Assembly (NCBI GenBank): GCA_016931155.1
Contig: JAFGFJ010000006.1
Coordinates: 385,419 to 449,418, forward strand
DNA from: Candidatus Dojkabacteria bacterium
GTDB lineage: Bacteria; Patescibacteriota; Dojkabacteria; B142; JAFGFJ01
DNA length: 64,000 nt
Direction: 5' to 3'
Below, piece by piece: positions 1 through 9,593 of this stretch. A model generated the notes under the pieces. It was not told where the DNA came from, ran no database searches, and saw only the letters and a program-made list of their open reading frames with translations. The stretch's first letter is position 1. Each line of letters opens with the position of its first letter. The position numbers were made by a program, and so were the translations under genes.

Positions 1-41
1 TTATATCAATAATCCTTAGGGAACGAAACTAACATCCATTT

Positions 42-118
42 TGGTCGGGATGCCCGGACTTGAACCGGGAACCTTACGCACCCGAAGCGTACATTCTATC
101 CAATTGAACTACATCCCG
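42..118 (-). tRNA. tRNA-Pro (anticodon CGG)
   Basis: Reverse complement folds as a cloverleaf: acceptor cgggatg/catcccg, anticodon stem tacgc/gcgta with loop ttCGGgt, T-arm cccgg-ttcaagt-ccggg, and an encoded CCA. Confidence 0.8.
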
Positions 119-228
119 TTTCCAAAGTGCAAGAATACTTGAACATTGTTCCCTGTTGAACTTCCACATCGATCAGAAGTCCCTGTTTTCCAGGAGATTA
201 TACTACTTTGAAGATGTTTTTTTCGATC

Positions 229-750
229 TTACTTGATATTTTTCTCCCTGAAGAGGAGATCTTTTGTGTGTTTCTCTACGTCAATGAAGTCGTCGGCTAT
301 CTCTATAAGCTCTTTATTGGCTGTACTTCTAAATGCGACCACTTCAACAAGACATCCGAGTGCTTGCTGAAGATAATTCACCACGGGTTTGAAGTCTCCA
401 TCTCCTGAGACAAGAACAATTGAGTCAGCCTTATGACCAAGCCTAATAGCGTCCATTGCAATGCCAAGATCCCAGTCTCCTTTCTTTGCTCCTCCGACAA
501 ATGTCTGAAGCTGTTTTTCCTTTATTTCGAATCCTGCGATATTTACGGCATCGAAAAATTCTTTCTCGCTTTTGTTAATTTCCGATTCGATTACGTAGGC
601 TATTGCTCTTGTGAGAATTCTTCCCTGAATAGCAATTTTTAGTAAATTTTTGAAACTGAGTCTTGCCTTGTATAAATTTTTGGCAGAGTAGTACATGTTT
701 TGTACATCGACTAAAACTGCTACTCTTTGTGCCGGATTTCTTACTATCAT
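229..750 (-). CDS. NYN/LabA-like (DUF88) domain protein
   Basis: Motifs VAVLVDVQN and LVSGDGDF are typical of NYN/PIN-like LabA proteins. Confidence 0.6.
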   Translation of the reverse strand: MIVRNPAQRVAVLVDVQNMYYSAKNLYKARLSFKNLLKIAIQGRILTRAIAYVIESEINKSEKEFFDAVNIAGFEIKEKQLQTFVGGAKKGDWDLGIAMDAIRLGHKADSIVLVSGDGDFKPVVNYLQQALGCLVEVVAFRSTANKELIEIADDFIDVEKHTKDLLFREKNIK

Positions 751-761
751 TATTTAAATAA

Positions 762-1460
762 TTAAATTAAATTTTTTCTTTTCTTTAGAACAATATGATC
801 AATGAGCATTGTAGCATCATTTTCAAGCATAAAGATAATAGCGGACGCAACTTCATCGGTATTCATCCATTGCTGATTATCTTTCTGGTTTCCTGCATTT
901 TCAAAAAGCTTTGTATTCATTCCGCCAGGGTAGAATCCTGCAACTTTTACGTCTGTCGTTTTGAGGTCTTCTTTTAAAGATTCAGTAAAACCTGTAACTG
1001 CATATTTGGATGCAACGTACACTACTTGATTTCCCTTACCAACGAGACCGGAAGTGGAAGAAATATTTATAATAAATCCGTCATTCTTCTTAATCATTAA
1101 CGGGAGGACTAACTTGGTAACATAAATGACTCCTTTAATGTTTACATCTATCACCTTTGAGATTTGATCTTGTTTGTTGCTCAATAGACTGCCCTCAAGC
1201 CATATTCCCGCATTGTTTATAAGGATGTCTATATCTCCAATTCTTTTTATTATTAGTTCAATACTCTCAAAGCTCGAGACATTTCCTTGATTTGTATGGA
1301 AGTTTGGATTGTTGAGTTTTTTTGAGGCTTCTTTCAGTTTTTTCTTGTCTCTTGCGATTGTGTGGACTATGCTTCCTTTCTCTAGTAGTAATTTTGCTAT
1401 AGAAAATCCTAATCCTTCCGATCCTCCTGTTATTAATACAATTTTATCTTTTAGTTTCAT
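762..1460 (-). CDS. short-chain dehydrogenase/reductase (SDR)
   Basis: N-terminal TGGSEGLG Rossmann motif, an NNAG motif and a YxxxK (YVASK) catalytic motif. Confidence 0.75.
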   Translation of the reverse strand: MKLKDKIVLITGGSEGLGFSIAKLLLEKGSIVHTIARDKKKLKEASKKLNNPNFHTNQGNVSSFESIELIIKRIGDIDILINNAGIWLEGSLLSNKQDQISKVIDVNIKGVIYVTKLVLPLMIKKNDGFIINISSTSGLVGKGNQVVYVASKYAVTGFTESLKEDLKTTDVKVAGFYPGGMNTKLFENAGNQKDNQQWMNTDEVASAIIFMLENDATMLIDHIVLKKRKNLI

Positions 1461-1782
1461 TTCTGGATTTCTTCTTCATACTATTAATAATAATTCCCAG
1501 ATAACTTGGCGAAAGATCCAATAATGTCTACCAAATTATCATATTCAATTACAACATTGGAGATACCTTTTACTGTTTATTTTACAATAGTCCTGACTTT
1601 ATGTTAAAAATATTTTTTTACAGTAGAGCATAATTGTTCAATTTCTTCTCAATTTCCTTTATTTTAATGGAGCTTCCCTAATATTTTCAGTTCAATAGTA
1701 CAGTAGCATTATAGATTAACAACAAACTAAGAGCTATGGATAATGGATAACAGAATGTATACAAACATCCCAATATTATTGT

Positions 1783-3636
1783 TTATAGTGACAAATCTCT
1801 AACTGTTCTTTTTATCATTCTTCTAACTTTTGCATCTTTCTCAAATCTAACCCTTTGGTTGAGTATTTGAATTGCACGATCTTTTAGATCAGGGACTTTT
1901 CCAAGCTTAGAAATACCTCTTACAATATCGCCGGTTTCACTGGCACTTCTTTCTAATTGAAAAAGCAAATTTAGTCCCTCTAAGCTTTTTGGATAAGTGA
2001 TGTAACTAAGTGATCGAGCTTGTTGATAAATTGGGGCTGAGCTTCCCAGTATCAGTGGTATGGCTTCTGGCATGTTTAGTATACCAATTGCTTCTATCCC
2101 GATTCGACAAGTTGTGTTACTTTCCAGTAACCTGCTGAGAAATTCCAGAGTCTCTTGATCCTGGTATGCCTCAGCTAATGAATAAGCAGCGTAGTCATGA
2201 ATAGGTTCGTTTGGGTTGGAATTTAAGACAACATTTCTAAGGATATCTCTACTCTCAGTATGTCCTCGTTTTGCTAATTGTACTGTAGCTATTACGGCTT
2301 TTCCCTTATCTTTTCCATTTTGGAGTTCAACTAAAACCTTCTCGGGTTCTTTATCAATTTCTGCAAAAGTCTCAATAGTATCAATAATATCCCGATTAGT
2401 GCTTCTGGCTTTTTTTATCTCGCCTATTATCCTTTGCCTTGATCTGTGGTCATTTTTTATTCGAAATAATTCAGAAGCGATAACTAAATTAACTGGATCT
2501 TTCCTCCATACTGAAAATGCTTTTTCTAATTGTTTTATTGATTGGTCGGTCCGCAAGAAAGATAGAATTCTAACACCAAATCTTGTTGGTATTCTGGTTA
2601 AATCAAATATTCCAACAATGTCAGCCCACATGTCTAAGTAGGGTTCGATAGACTCATCAGCAATGTGTCGGCTTAGGTTCGCAACAGCAGAATCTGTTCG
2701 ACTGCTTAATATGAAAGCTTCAACAGTTTTTTGTACTAGTCTTTGATACTCTAGCGTTCCATATCTATCATTGATATAAAGATCTTTTAATGGTGGCAAT
2801 TTTGATAAGATTAAATTTGCTTTTTCTGAATCAGCATACTCTATTAATTTTTCAATAATCTTCAAGTATAAATAATTTCCGTCATCAAGCGATTCATAGA
2901 GTATTTCAATAGATTCTCCTGAATTCATTTCAAGAAGCGCAAAAGCTGAATAGTAAAGTGCACGGTTCCTTTCTCGATAGATTTTTAGCTCTTTAAGTGC
3001 TTCAGGTATTGTTAGTCGACCCAATAGCTCAATTAGCGATTCACTTGCAAATTCACTACTGTTTTCGACATAGTGTCTGACAGAACGAAGAAACTCTACT
3101 TGGGAAGTTTCACTAATTTCATTTAATAGTACCTCCGTTATTGAATTCTTTATATCAAATAAGCCAAAACCTCCTTCCTCACCAATAAGTGCGATTAGCT
3201 TTGTGAGTCCAGCTTCTCCCATATTTCCAAGAGCTTGGACTGATGCGATACCGAGATCTTCTTGAAGTGCTGCATGGTAAAGATATTCGGTGATATTTAT
3301 GGTATCTTCATCTGTGGAGTGTATTTCTTCAGGATAGCCTATTTGGCCTATTCTAGTTATGGCTTCTTTTTTGATTTCTAAATTATTGTGGTGATTGACA
3401 GTATTGACTAATCCAATAAGTAATTTTTCTCTTTGTATAAAAAATTCATTATTTTCTAGTTGATATAAGCCCTCAATTGTAAAGCTTACTATGTCAGTGA
3501 ATTCATTCACATCCTTTAAGTTTGGTATTTCATTAATGCGATTTTTTAGTTTAGCCAATAAACCTAAGCCGGGTTCCATTCCATTCACTTTGTCTTGCTT
3601 TTGTATTCCACCTAGACCTGGAGTTTGATCGTACAT
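1783..3636 (-). CDS. hypothetical protein with HEAT/PBS-lyase-like repeats
   Basis: 617 aa ORF with repeated alpha-helical A-L-G-x-I/M-G motifs and no recognisable catalytic motif. Confidence 0.5.
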   Translation of the reverse strand: MYDQTPGLGGIQKQDKVNGMEPGLGLLAKLKNRINEIPNLKDVNEFTDIVSFTIEGLYQLENNEFFIQREKLLIGLVNTVNHHNNLEIKKEAITRIGQIGYPEEIHSTDEDTINITEYLYHAALQEDLGIASVQALGNMGEAGLTKLIALIGEEGGFGLFDIKNSITEVLLNEISETSQVEFLRSVRHYVENSSEFASESLIELLGRLTIPEALKELKIYRERNRALYYSAFALLEMNSGESIEILYESLDDGNYLYLKIIEKLIEYADSEKANLILSKLPPLKDLYINDRYGTLEYQRLVQKTVEAFILSSRTDSAVANLSRHIADESIEPYLDMWADIVGIFDLTRIPTRFGVRILSFLRTDQSIKQLEKAFSVWRKDPVNLVIASELFRIKNDHRSRQRIIGEIKKARSTNRDIIDTIETFAEIDKEPEKVLVELQNGKDKGKAVIATVQLAKRGHTESRDILRNVVLNSNPNEPIHDYAAYSLAEAYQDQETLEFLSRLLESNTTCRIGIEAIGILNMPEAIPLILGSSAPIYQQARSLSYITYPKSLEGLNLLFQLERSASETGDIVRGISKLGKVPDLKDRAIQILNQRVRFEKDAKVRRMIKRTVRDLSL

Positions 3637-3866
3637 TTTCTCTAATTAATATACACAAAATATTGCACAATTATATATATGTATATATATATAATCAACC
3701 AGGCTTCCGCATCTCTATTACGTTTTCTAGCGGATTCGTAGACCTTCGTTCCTATTAATAAATTTCCAGGGACAATGTTTGCATGCTTATTAATTTCGAT
3801 AATTGAGTGGTAAATAAAAATCCTATCGATACTTTTTGATTTATCATTTCCCGGTATAACTGGTCT

Positions 3867-3897
3867 GAGAACCTACGGGCGAAGCCCGTAGGTTCTC
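3867..3897. other. perfect 14 bp stem/3 nt loop hairpin (possible terminator of the minus-strand tRNA cluster)
   Basis: gagaacctacgggc-gaa-gcccgtaggttctc. It lies ~120 bp downstream of the 3' end of tRNA-Pro(TGG) on the minus strand. No adjacent U-tract. Confidence 0.4.
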
Positions 3898-4014
3898 AAA
3901 ATACAGAGACGTGTTAATTATCGAATGTATTTGGTATTGACCGAGTGAGTTATAGAGTAGCACCCTATTATTATTCTGCCTTAGACTTACTGAGAGTATT
4001 AATGTTTTACTATC

Positions 4015-4091
4015 TGGTCGGGACGGCCAGACTCGAACTGGCGACCTCTCGCTCCCAAAGCGAGCGTTCTAGCCAACTGAACTACGTCCCG
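4015..4091 (-). tRNA. tRNA-Pro (anticodon TGG)
   Basis: Reverse complement cgggacg...ctcgc-ttTGGga-gcgag...ccagttcgagtctgg...cgtcccg-a-cca. The CCA is encoded. Confidence 0.8.
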
Positions 4092-4130
4092 AAACGACCA
4101 ATTATAGCACGGAAAACTTAATTTTCTTTT

Positions 4131-4220
4131 TGGTGCCGGAGGCGGGGGTCGAACCCGCACGGGAGGATAAGTCCCAACGGATTTTAAGTCCGCCGCGTCT
4201 ACCAGTTCCGCCACCCCGGC
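4131..4220 (-). tRNA. tRNA-Leu (anticodon TAA), long variable arm
   Basis: Reverse complement gccgggg...ctTAAaa...gggttcgacccc...cctccggc-a-cca; about 90 nt with a long variable arm. Confidence 0.75.
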
Positions 4221-4527
4221 AATTCAATTAGCAGTTATTATATCAACTGATCTTGTTTTCTGCCATTAGTTGCTATTTTGTTAAGTCGTCCAGACAATCT
4301 TCGATAACGTGCCCAAGCTTTGTTTACTAATATTTTTTGTGTTTTTCCCTCAGGCAAATTGAAATATATTCTTTTTGAGTATGTTTGTCGGAAGGTTATT
4401 TTTGATAAATGCCGAAAAGTAAAGCTCTCTTGATTTTTACTATCACATTTAACAAACAGTATCTAAATGTATCTGAAAATGAAACGGTATCAATTTGGGA
4501 GATATTCGCTATCTTAATATCTGAAAT

Positions 4528-4604
4528 TGGAGGTCACGGCGGGATTCGAACCCGCGCATAAGGGTTTTGCAGACCCTTGCCTTAACCAGCTTGGCTACGT
4601 GACC
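4528..4604 (-). tRNA. tRNA-Cys (anticodon GCA)
   Basis: Reverse complement ggtcacg...ctGCAaa...cgggttcgaatcccg...cgtgacc-t-cca. The U73 discriminator is typical of tRNA-Cys. Confidence 0.75.
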
Positions 4605-4636
4605 TTGCGATTAATTAATTTGTCTTAGAGATTTTA

Positions 4637-6034
4637 TCACAAGAAGTCGGCGATATTCACAATTTCGAAGATATTCGGGAAATATGTATCGTTTTCAAGA
4701 GCTTTTGATGCATTTCCAATGACAAGTATCTTGTTATTCTTTTTTACTAGTCCCTTTTTAATTACTATTTCTACAATACCTGCCAGAGCATGATCCCGGT
4801 CTTTGTACTTCCTGGGAAGTTTGTAGCAGTATACGCCACTGCTTAAGTTTATCCTTCTTGTAAAATAGTCTTCACTTACAAAGGCAAATATTGGCTGTTT
4901 GATTCTAAACCTGCTCAATAATCTTGCTGCTCTCCCGGTTCTTGTAACTACAATTATGCTGTCAATGTCCAGATCCGAACATACCTGAAAAGCAGCTTTA
5001 GCAAGTGAGTCTGTTATTTCAGGGGCATCGGGTTTTCCAGGAATCATTTCAGGCTTGATAAATTTTTCTGTTTCGAGTGCAACTTTATTCATAACTTTGA
5101 TCGTATCCACAGGATGCTTTCCTGTGGAAGTTTCTGCAGAAAGCATTACTGCATCTGTTCCATCTAGTATCGCATTTGCTATATCGCTGATTTCTGCTCT
5201 TGTTGGATTTGGCTTTTCGATCATGGATTCAAGCATCTGAGTTGCAGTAATAACGGGTTTGCCCTTCGCATTTGCCTTCATTATTATTTCTTTCTGTATC
5301 AAGGGAAGTTTTTCGTAAGGAACCTCTATGCCCAGATCACCTCTTGCAACCATTACACCCTCTACTTCCTCGAGTATCTCATCGAAATTTTTGACTCCCT
5401 CTCCATCCTCGATTTTAGCAATTATTTTCATATGACTTTTACTGGTGTATTTTTTTACATATTTGACATCCTCAATATTTCGGATAAAGGAAGCGGAGAC
5501 GTAGTCCCAGCGATCATTTATGCAAAATTCTATTTGCTCTATATCCCTTTTGGTTAAAGATGGATTTGAAAGTTTTGTTCCTGGAGTGTTTATGCTTTTT
5601 CCTTTTTTAACAAAGTTCCCTGAAAGAACCTTTGTGTAAATTTTTTCATTTAATATTTTTGTTACTACTAGTTCAACCTCTCCATCATCAATTAGCAAGA
5701 TTGATCCAATTCTTAAATCCTTATAAAGCTCCGGGTAAGTAATGGGAAAAACATTATCCTCTGGTGAACTTCCAATAATGAACTGCTCTCCCTGTTTTAT
5801 GGGAATATCTTCTTCAAATTTATTTAGTCTTACTTCATGTCCTTTAATATCAAGTATAAGTGCAACCTCTGTTGAGGTTGATCGAACAAGCTCTGCAACT
5901 TTTTTAAGTTCTGCGGTATCTGCAAATGCCCCGTTAACTCTTGCGGCATTCATACCATTTTTTATCATTGCTCTCAAGACCGGTATTGGCCAACTTGAAG
6001 GGCCTATTGTTGCAACAATTTTTGTTTTTTTCAT
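4637..6034 (-). CDS. pyk: pyruvate kinase
   Basis: MKKTKIVATIGPSS N-terminus and the full PK barrel signature (MVARGDLGIE). 465 aa. Confidence 0.9.
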   Translation of the reverse strand: MKKTKIVATIGPSSWPIPVLRAMIKNGMNAARVNGAFADTAELKKVAELVRSTSTEVALILDIKGHEVRLNKFEEDIPIKQGEQFIIGSSPEDNVFPITYPELYKDLRIGSILLIDDGEVELVVTKILNEKIYTKVLSGNFVKKGKSINTPGTKLSNPSLTKRDIEQIEFCINDRWDYVSASFIRNIEDVKYVKKYTSKSHMKIIAKIEDGEGVKNFDEILEEVEGVMVARGDLGIEVPYEKLPLIQKEIIMKANAKGKPVITATQMLESMIEKPNPTRAEISDIANAILDGTDAVMLSAETSTGKHPVDTIKVMNKVALETEKFIKPEMIPGKPDAPEITDSLAKAAFQVCSDLDIDSIIVVTRTGRAARLLSRFRIKQPIFAFVSEDYFTRRINLSSGVYCYKLPRKYKDRDHALAGIVEIVIKKGLVKKNNKILVIGNASKALENDTYFPNIFEIVNIADFL

Positions 6035-6558
6035 TCTTTATTGCTGTTTAAAATATGATAGCAAAGTACAACGAGTGACATTGTTACATTAAGAGAAGCT
6101 CCTTTTCCGTACATGGGAAGGTATACGGATGAGTCAGCTTTTTCCAGTGTACCTTTTGTTATCCCGTAAGTTTCATTACCAATAACTATACATATTTTAT
6201 TCGGGTATTCTCTTTTTGCATAATGTGCTACCTTATCTGTTATTTCAAGGGCAAGGATCTCATAATTCTGCTTTTTGAGCTTATTTATTTCATTGCCGGG
6301 ATGTTCCTGGTATTCCCATGGAAGTGACAACTCCTTGTGTCTCGAGACTTTCTGAAGTTCTTTACCGAAAGGTGGTTTTTGAGAAATACCGCTAAGGATA
6401 AGTCTTTTTGCTTTTACGGCGTCAAGTATTCTAAACAGGCTGGCAACATTTCTGGCATACTGAATATTTTCAGCAATTACGACAATCTCTTTTGTTTCCA
6501 GTTCTTGCCTATTCTTTTTTAGAAATCTTTTTAGTTCGATGCCTCTGAGTTGTTTCAT
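6031..6558 (-). CDS. SpoU/TrmH-family RNA 2'-O-methyltransferase
   Basis: IVIGNETYGI and LNVTMSLVVL SpoU motifs. The gene overlaps pyk by 4 nt, indicating an operon. Confidence 0.7.
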   Translation of the reverse strand: MKQLRGIELKRFLKKNRQELETKEIVVIAENIQYARNVASLFRILDAVKAKRLILSGISQKPPFGKELQKVSRHKELSLPWEYQEHPGNEINKLKKQNYEILALEITDKVAHYAKREYPNKICIVIGNETYGITKGTLEKADSSVYLPMYGKGASLNVTMSLVVLCYHILNSNKE

Positions 6559-6735
6559 TTGAATATATTATCTTAATCCAGAAATAAATAGAATGTCGGA
6601 TAAGTTGGATTTTTTTATCAATTGTTGATAAAAAAATATGGAGAATGATGATGAGCTTTTCTGATATATGTTATTTGAGGTAAAATAGATTTATTTCTAT
6701 ATTTGCTGATTTGAGATAAAATAGTATTTAGTATT

Positions 6736-7386
6736 ATGAACAAATCTTTTACAAAACTAACAATCACTCTTCTGCTTATTATTATTTCTCTGGTTTTGCT
6801 TTTGGGGCTTGGAGGAAGTGTAGCAGCGGGTATATGGTTGCATACTTATAAAGTATTTACAAAAGAGGAATTGGTTGCGGAAATAATTGTCGGGGAACAG
6901 ATGAAGGATGAAAATGGTAATGAGTACTTTGAATTCGAATACAAACAGGTAAAGGAAAAGTCAGTACTGGAAGATATTTTTTCGAAAGACGAGGAAATAG
7001 AGCAAACCAGATTTGAAAAGGCAGAGGAATATATGGCTTATGGTGATCAAATAAAAGTGGGAGGTGAAGTTGTAAAATTTCATAATTGGTTGATTTTTCT
7101 CGGTTTTGAAACTATTTATAAAATATCAAGAATTGAAGGTGACTACGATAGTGTTGAGAAGGCTCGAAATGCACCGGAGAGATCAGTTTTTGAACTAAAT
7201 GGCGGTACCGATTCGTATTGGAAGGGATTGGAAAAAAATAAAGGAAAGTATAATTTTGCTGTTGATACTGTCTACGGTAGTTTCGCCTCAAAGTTTGTCC
7301 AGGATGAAGAGAGAATTTATGGACTTTATATTACAAAAGACGGTTTTTTGTTGGACGAACTGGATGAATTGAATTATACTAATTAG
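6736..7386 (+). CDS. hypothetical protein with an N-terminal membrane anchor
   Basis: 216 aa ORF with a hydrophobic N-terminal helix and no recognised domain. Confidence 0.5.
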   Translation: MNKSFTKLTITLLLIIISLVLLLGLGGSVAAGIWLHTYKVFTKEELVAEIIVGEQMKDENGNEYFEFEYKQVKEKSVLEDIFSKDEEIEQTRFEKAEEYMAYGDQIKVGGEVVKFHNWLIFLGFETIYKISRIEGDYDSVEKARNAPERSVFELNGGTDSYWKGLEKNKGKYNFAVDTVYGSFASKFVQDEERIYGLYITKDGFLLDELDELNYTN

Positions 7387-7401
7387 GCTTAATGACTGCC
7401 C

Positions 7402-8958
7402 ATGGGTAATTTTTTCAAAAGACCAAAACCTGTTATGCTCGTCATAATGGACGGTGTTGGGGTTGCACAGCCTGGTCCTGGTAATGCTGTTACATTAGCT
7501 CAGACCCCGAGTCTCAATAAGTATTGGCCGATATATCCGCACGGTTATCTTCATGCTTCAGGGTCGAACGTAGGGCTTCCTCACGGGACTGACGGAAATA
7601 GTGAAGTTGGTCATATAAATATTGGAGCTGGAAAAGTAGTATTTCAGGATCTTCCAAGGATAGATAATGCAATTACAAGTGGAAAGTTTTTTGAAGATCC
7701 TTTTTTAATAAAGGCAGTTAACCAGGTTAAAGAGATGAAAACACGACTGCACTTGATGGGTTGTTTGGGGGGTGGGCAGGTTCATTCTTCTTTGGATCAT
7801 ATCTTTGCACTTCTAAAATTTTGTGCGAATCATGGACTTGATGAAGAAAATGTAGTACTTCATTTGTTTACCGATGGGAGAGACTCTCCCCCGAAAAGTG
7901 CTGCAATATATTTGGAGCAAGTCGAATCAGAAATGCAAAGACTTAAGGTCGGAAAAATTGCATCACTGATAGGGCGTTATTATGCTATGGACAGGGACAA
8001 AAGGTGGGATCGTACACAAAAAGCCTACGATCTAATTGTGTCAGGAAAAGGGAAGAAAATAAGTAAATGGAAAGAAGCGGTTGATGATTCTTACAAGAAT
8101 GGAAAGACAGATGAATACTTTGAGCCATATGTAGTTTATGAGCACGATTTGCCTCTTGCTCATGTAGATGACAATGATGCTGTTATATTTTTTAATTTTA
8201 GACCGGATAGAGCACTTGAGCTCACACAGGCATTTGAGGAAGAGGATTTTTCGGCATGGGAAAAAGAAAAAAGCCCGGATGTGTATTTTGTTGGAATGAC
8301 TGAATATTCGATAGGATTTCCAAAAAATATTACTTTTCCTCCAGAGGATATTGATAATCCCATAGGAAGAGTTGTTTCAGATAATGGTCTTAGACAGCTG
8401 AGAATTGCTGAGTCCGAGAAATTTCCTCATGTAACATATTTTTTTAATGGTGGTAATCAAACTGTTTATCCTGGTGAGGACAGAGTCGAGATACCTTCAG
8501 TAAGGGATGTAGCTACATACGATCAAAAACCTGAGATGAGTATTGAAAAAGTGACAGAGGTGCTGGTTAAAAAAATTGATGAAGACTATTATGACTTTAT
8601 AGTGGTGAACTTTGCGAATGCAGATATGGTTGGGCATACTGGAGTACTTGATGCTGCAATAAAAGCGGTTGAGATCGTTGATCAAAAAACTGGCGTTTTA
8701 ATAGAAAAGGTATTGAGTAAAGATGGAGCTCTTGTTGTGATTGCAGATCATGGGAATGCAGAAGAAATGTTTAATCTCCAGACTGGAGATGTTGACACCA
8801 AACATTCAACCAATCCTGTGCCACTTATGATAATAAAAAATGGTCTTGACGGAAGAGAACTTCCTATAGGAATTTTGGCTGATGTTTCACCAACAATGCT
8901 TGCTCTCATGGGTATTCAAAAACCCGCGGAGATGACTGGAAGAAACCTGCTTGTATGA
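7402..8958 (+). CDS. gpmI: 2,3-bisphosphoglycerate-independent phosphoglycerate mutase
   Basis: VIMDGVG, DGRDSPP and ADHGNAE motifs; 518 aa. Confidence 0.9.
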   Translation: MGNFFKRPKPVMLVIMDGVGVAQPGPGNAVTLAQTPSLNKYWPIYPHGYLHASGSNVGLPHGTDGNSEVGHINIGAGKVVFQDLPRIDNAITSGKFFEDPFLIKAVNQVKEMKTRLHLMGCLGGGQVHSSLDHIFALLKFCANHGLDEENVVLHLFTDGRDSPPKSAAIYLEQVESEMQRLKVGKIASLIGRYYAMDRDKRWDRTQKAYDLIVSGKGKKISKWKEAVDDSYKNGKTDEYFEPYVVYEHDLPLAHVDDNDAVIFFNFRPDRALELTQAFEEEDFSAWEKEKSPDVYFVGMTEYSIGFPKNITFPPEDIDNPIGRVVSDNGLRQLRIAESEKFPHVTYFFNGGNQTVYPGEDRVEIPSVRDVATYDQKPEMSIEKVTEVLVKKIDEDYYDFIVVNFANADMVGHTGVLDAAIKAVEIVDQKTGVLIEKVLSKDGALVVIADHGNAEEMFNLQTGDVDTKHSTNPVPLMIIKNGLDGRELPIGILADVSPTMLALMGIQKPAEMTGRNLLV

Positions 8959-9014
8959 TTTCTTTACATTTGTCCGCTATTCCAATAATCTGTATCTAGT
9001 TAGATTATATTTTT

Positions 9015-9593
9015 GTGAAATCCGGAAAACTTTTTTCGACAATTGGAGAACTGGGATTGCTGGTGCTTCTGTTTCTAATAGTGTCGGCTTCGTTTATTTC
9101 TGTTGTGGGTCTTTCTCCTCTTACTTTTGAGGAGGTTGCAGGTGAAAAGAATATGGTTGGAGAGGTGGCGGGCGAGTATAATGATAGGGTTATTGAAGAA
9201 AACAGGATAAATATACTTCCGGCTTTTGCCCGTGAAGGTTTATTTTTTGGAAATCAGAGTATTGGGGAAAATTATTATTCTACTTCAGTTCAGTATGAGA
9301 AGATTCTGACGGGTGAAAATAAGGCAGAAATCTTGAAGCTTGTGAATCAAGCGGAACCTTCAAGTTTTGAGGTCAGAATAAGTGTGCCAAAAGATAATCT
9401 CAAAAATCTAAGTATTAGAATGCTTGCCAATGGAGAAAGTATTCGTCTTACGGATGGGCTGTTTCAAGGAAAAATTTTTCCTTACAGGTTTAAGGTTGAA
9501 AAAGGGGAACAGATTGACTTGATTTTAATACTGGATTCAAATATTCAGGTAAATTACCCTGTAATAGTTACTTTTGAATTGGAGAAGATTTAA
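9015..9593 (+). CDS. hypothetical membrane-anchored protein
   Basis: 192 aa ORF with an N-terminal TM helix. The GTG start is uncertain. Confidence 0.4.
   Translation: MKSGKLFSTIGELGLLVLLFLIVSASFISVVGLSPLTFEEVAGEKNMVGEVAGEYNDRVIEENRINILPAFAREGLFFGNQSIGENYYSTSVQYEKILTGENKAEILKLVNQAEPSSFEVRISVPKDNLKNLSIRMLANGESIRLTDGLFQGKIFPYRFKVEKGEQIDLILILDSNIQVNYPVIVTFELEKI

Noticed and set aside
2216-2641. 141 aa plus-strand ORF inside the 617 aa HEAT-repeat gene.
   Set aside because: It is antisense to, and fully contained in, a longer and more protein-like ORF. The same reasoning applies to 5742-6092, 12725-13510, 21460-23214, 34457-34921, 35919-36308, 32149-32524, 43282-43898, 55465-55779, 56276-56857, 58642-59143 and 61565-62464.
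3673-3693. (AT)n dinucleotide run ATATATATGTATATATATATA.
   Set aside because: A simple low-complexity AT stretch in an AT-rich intergenic region, with no evident function.
3999-4214. 71 aa ORF on the minus strand.
   Set aside because: It lies entirely over tRNA-Pro(TGG) and tRNA-Leu(TAA). The proline/arginine-rich translation is the GC-rich tRNA sequence read as protein.
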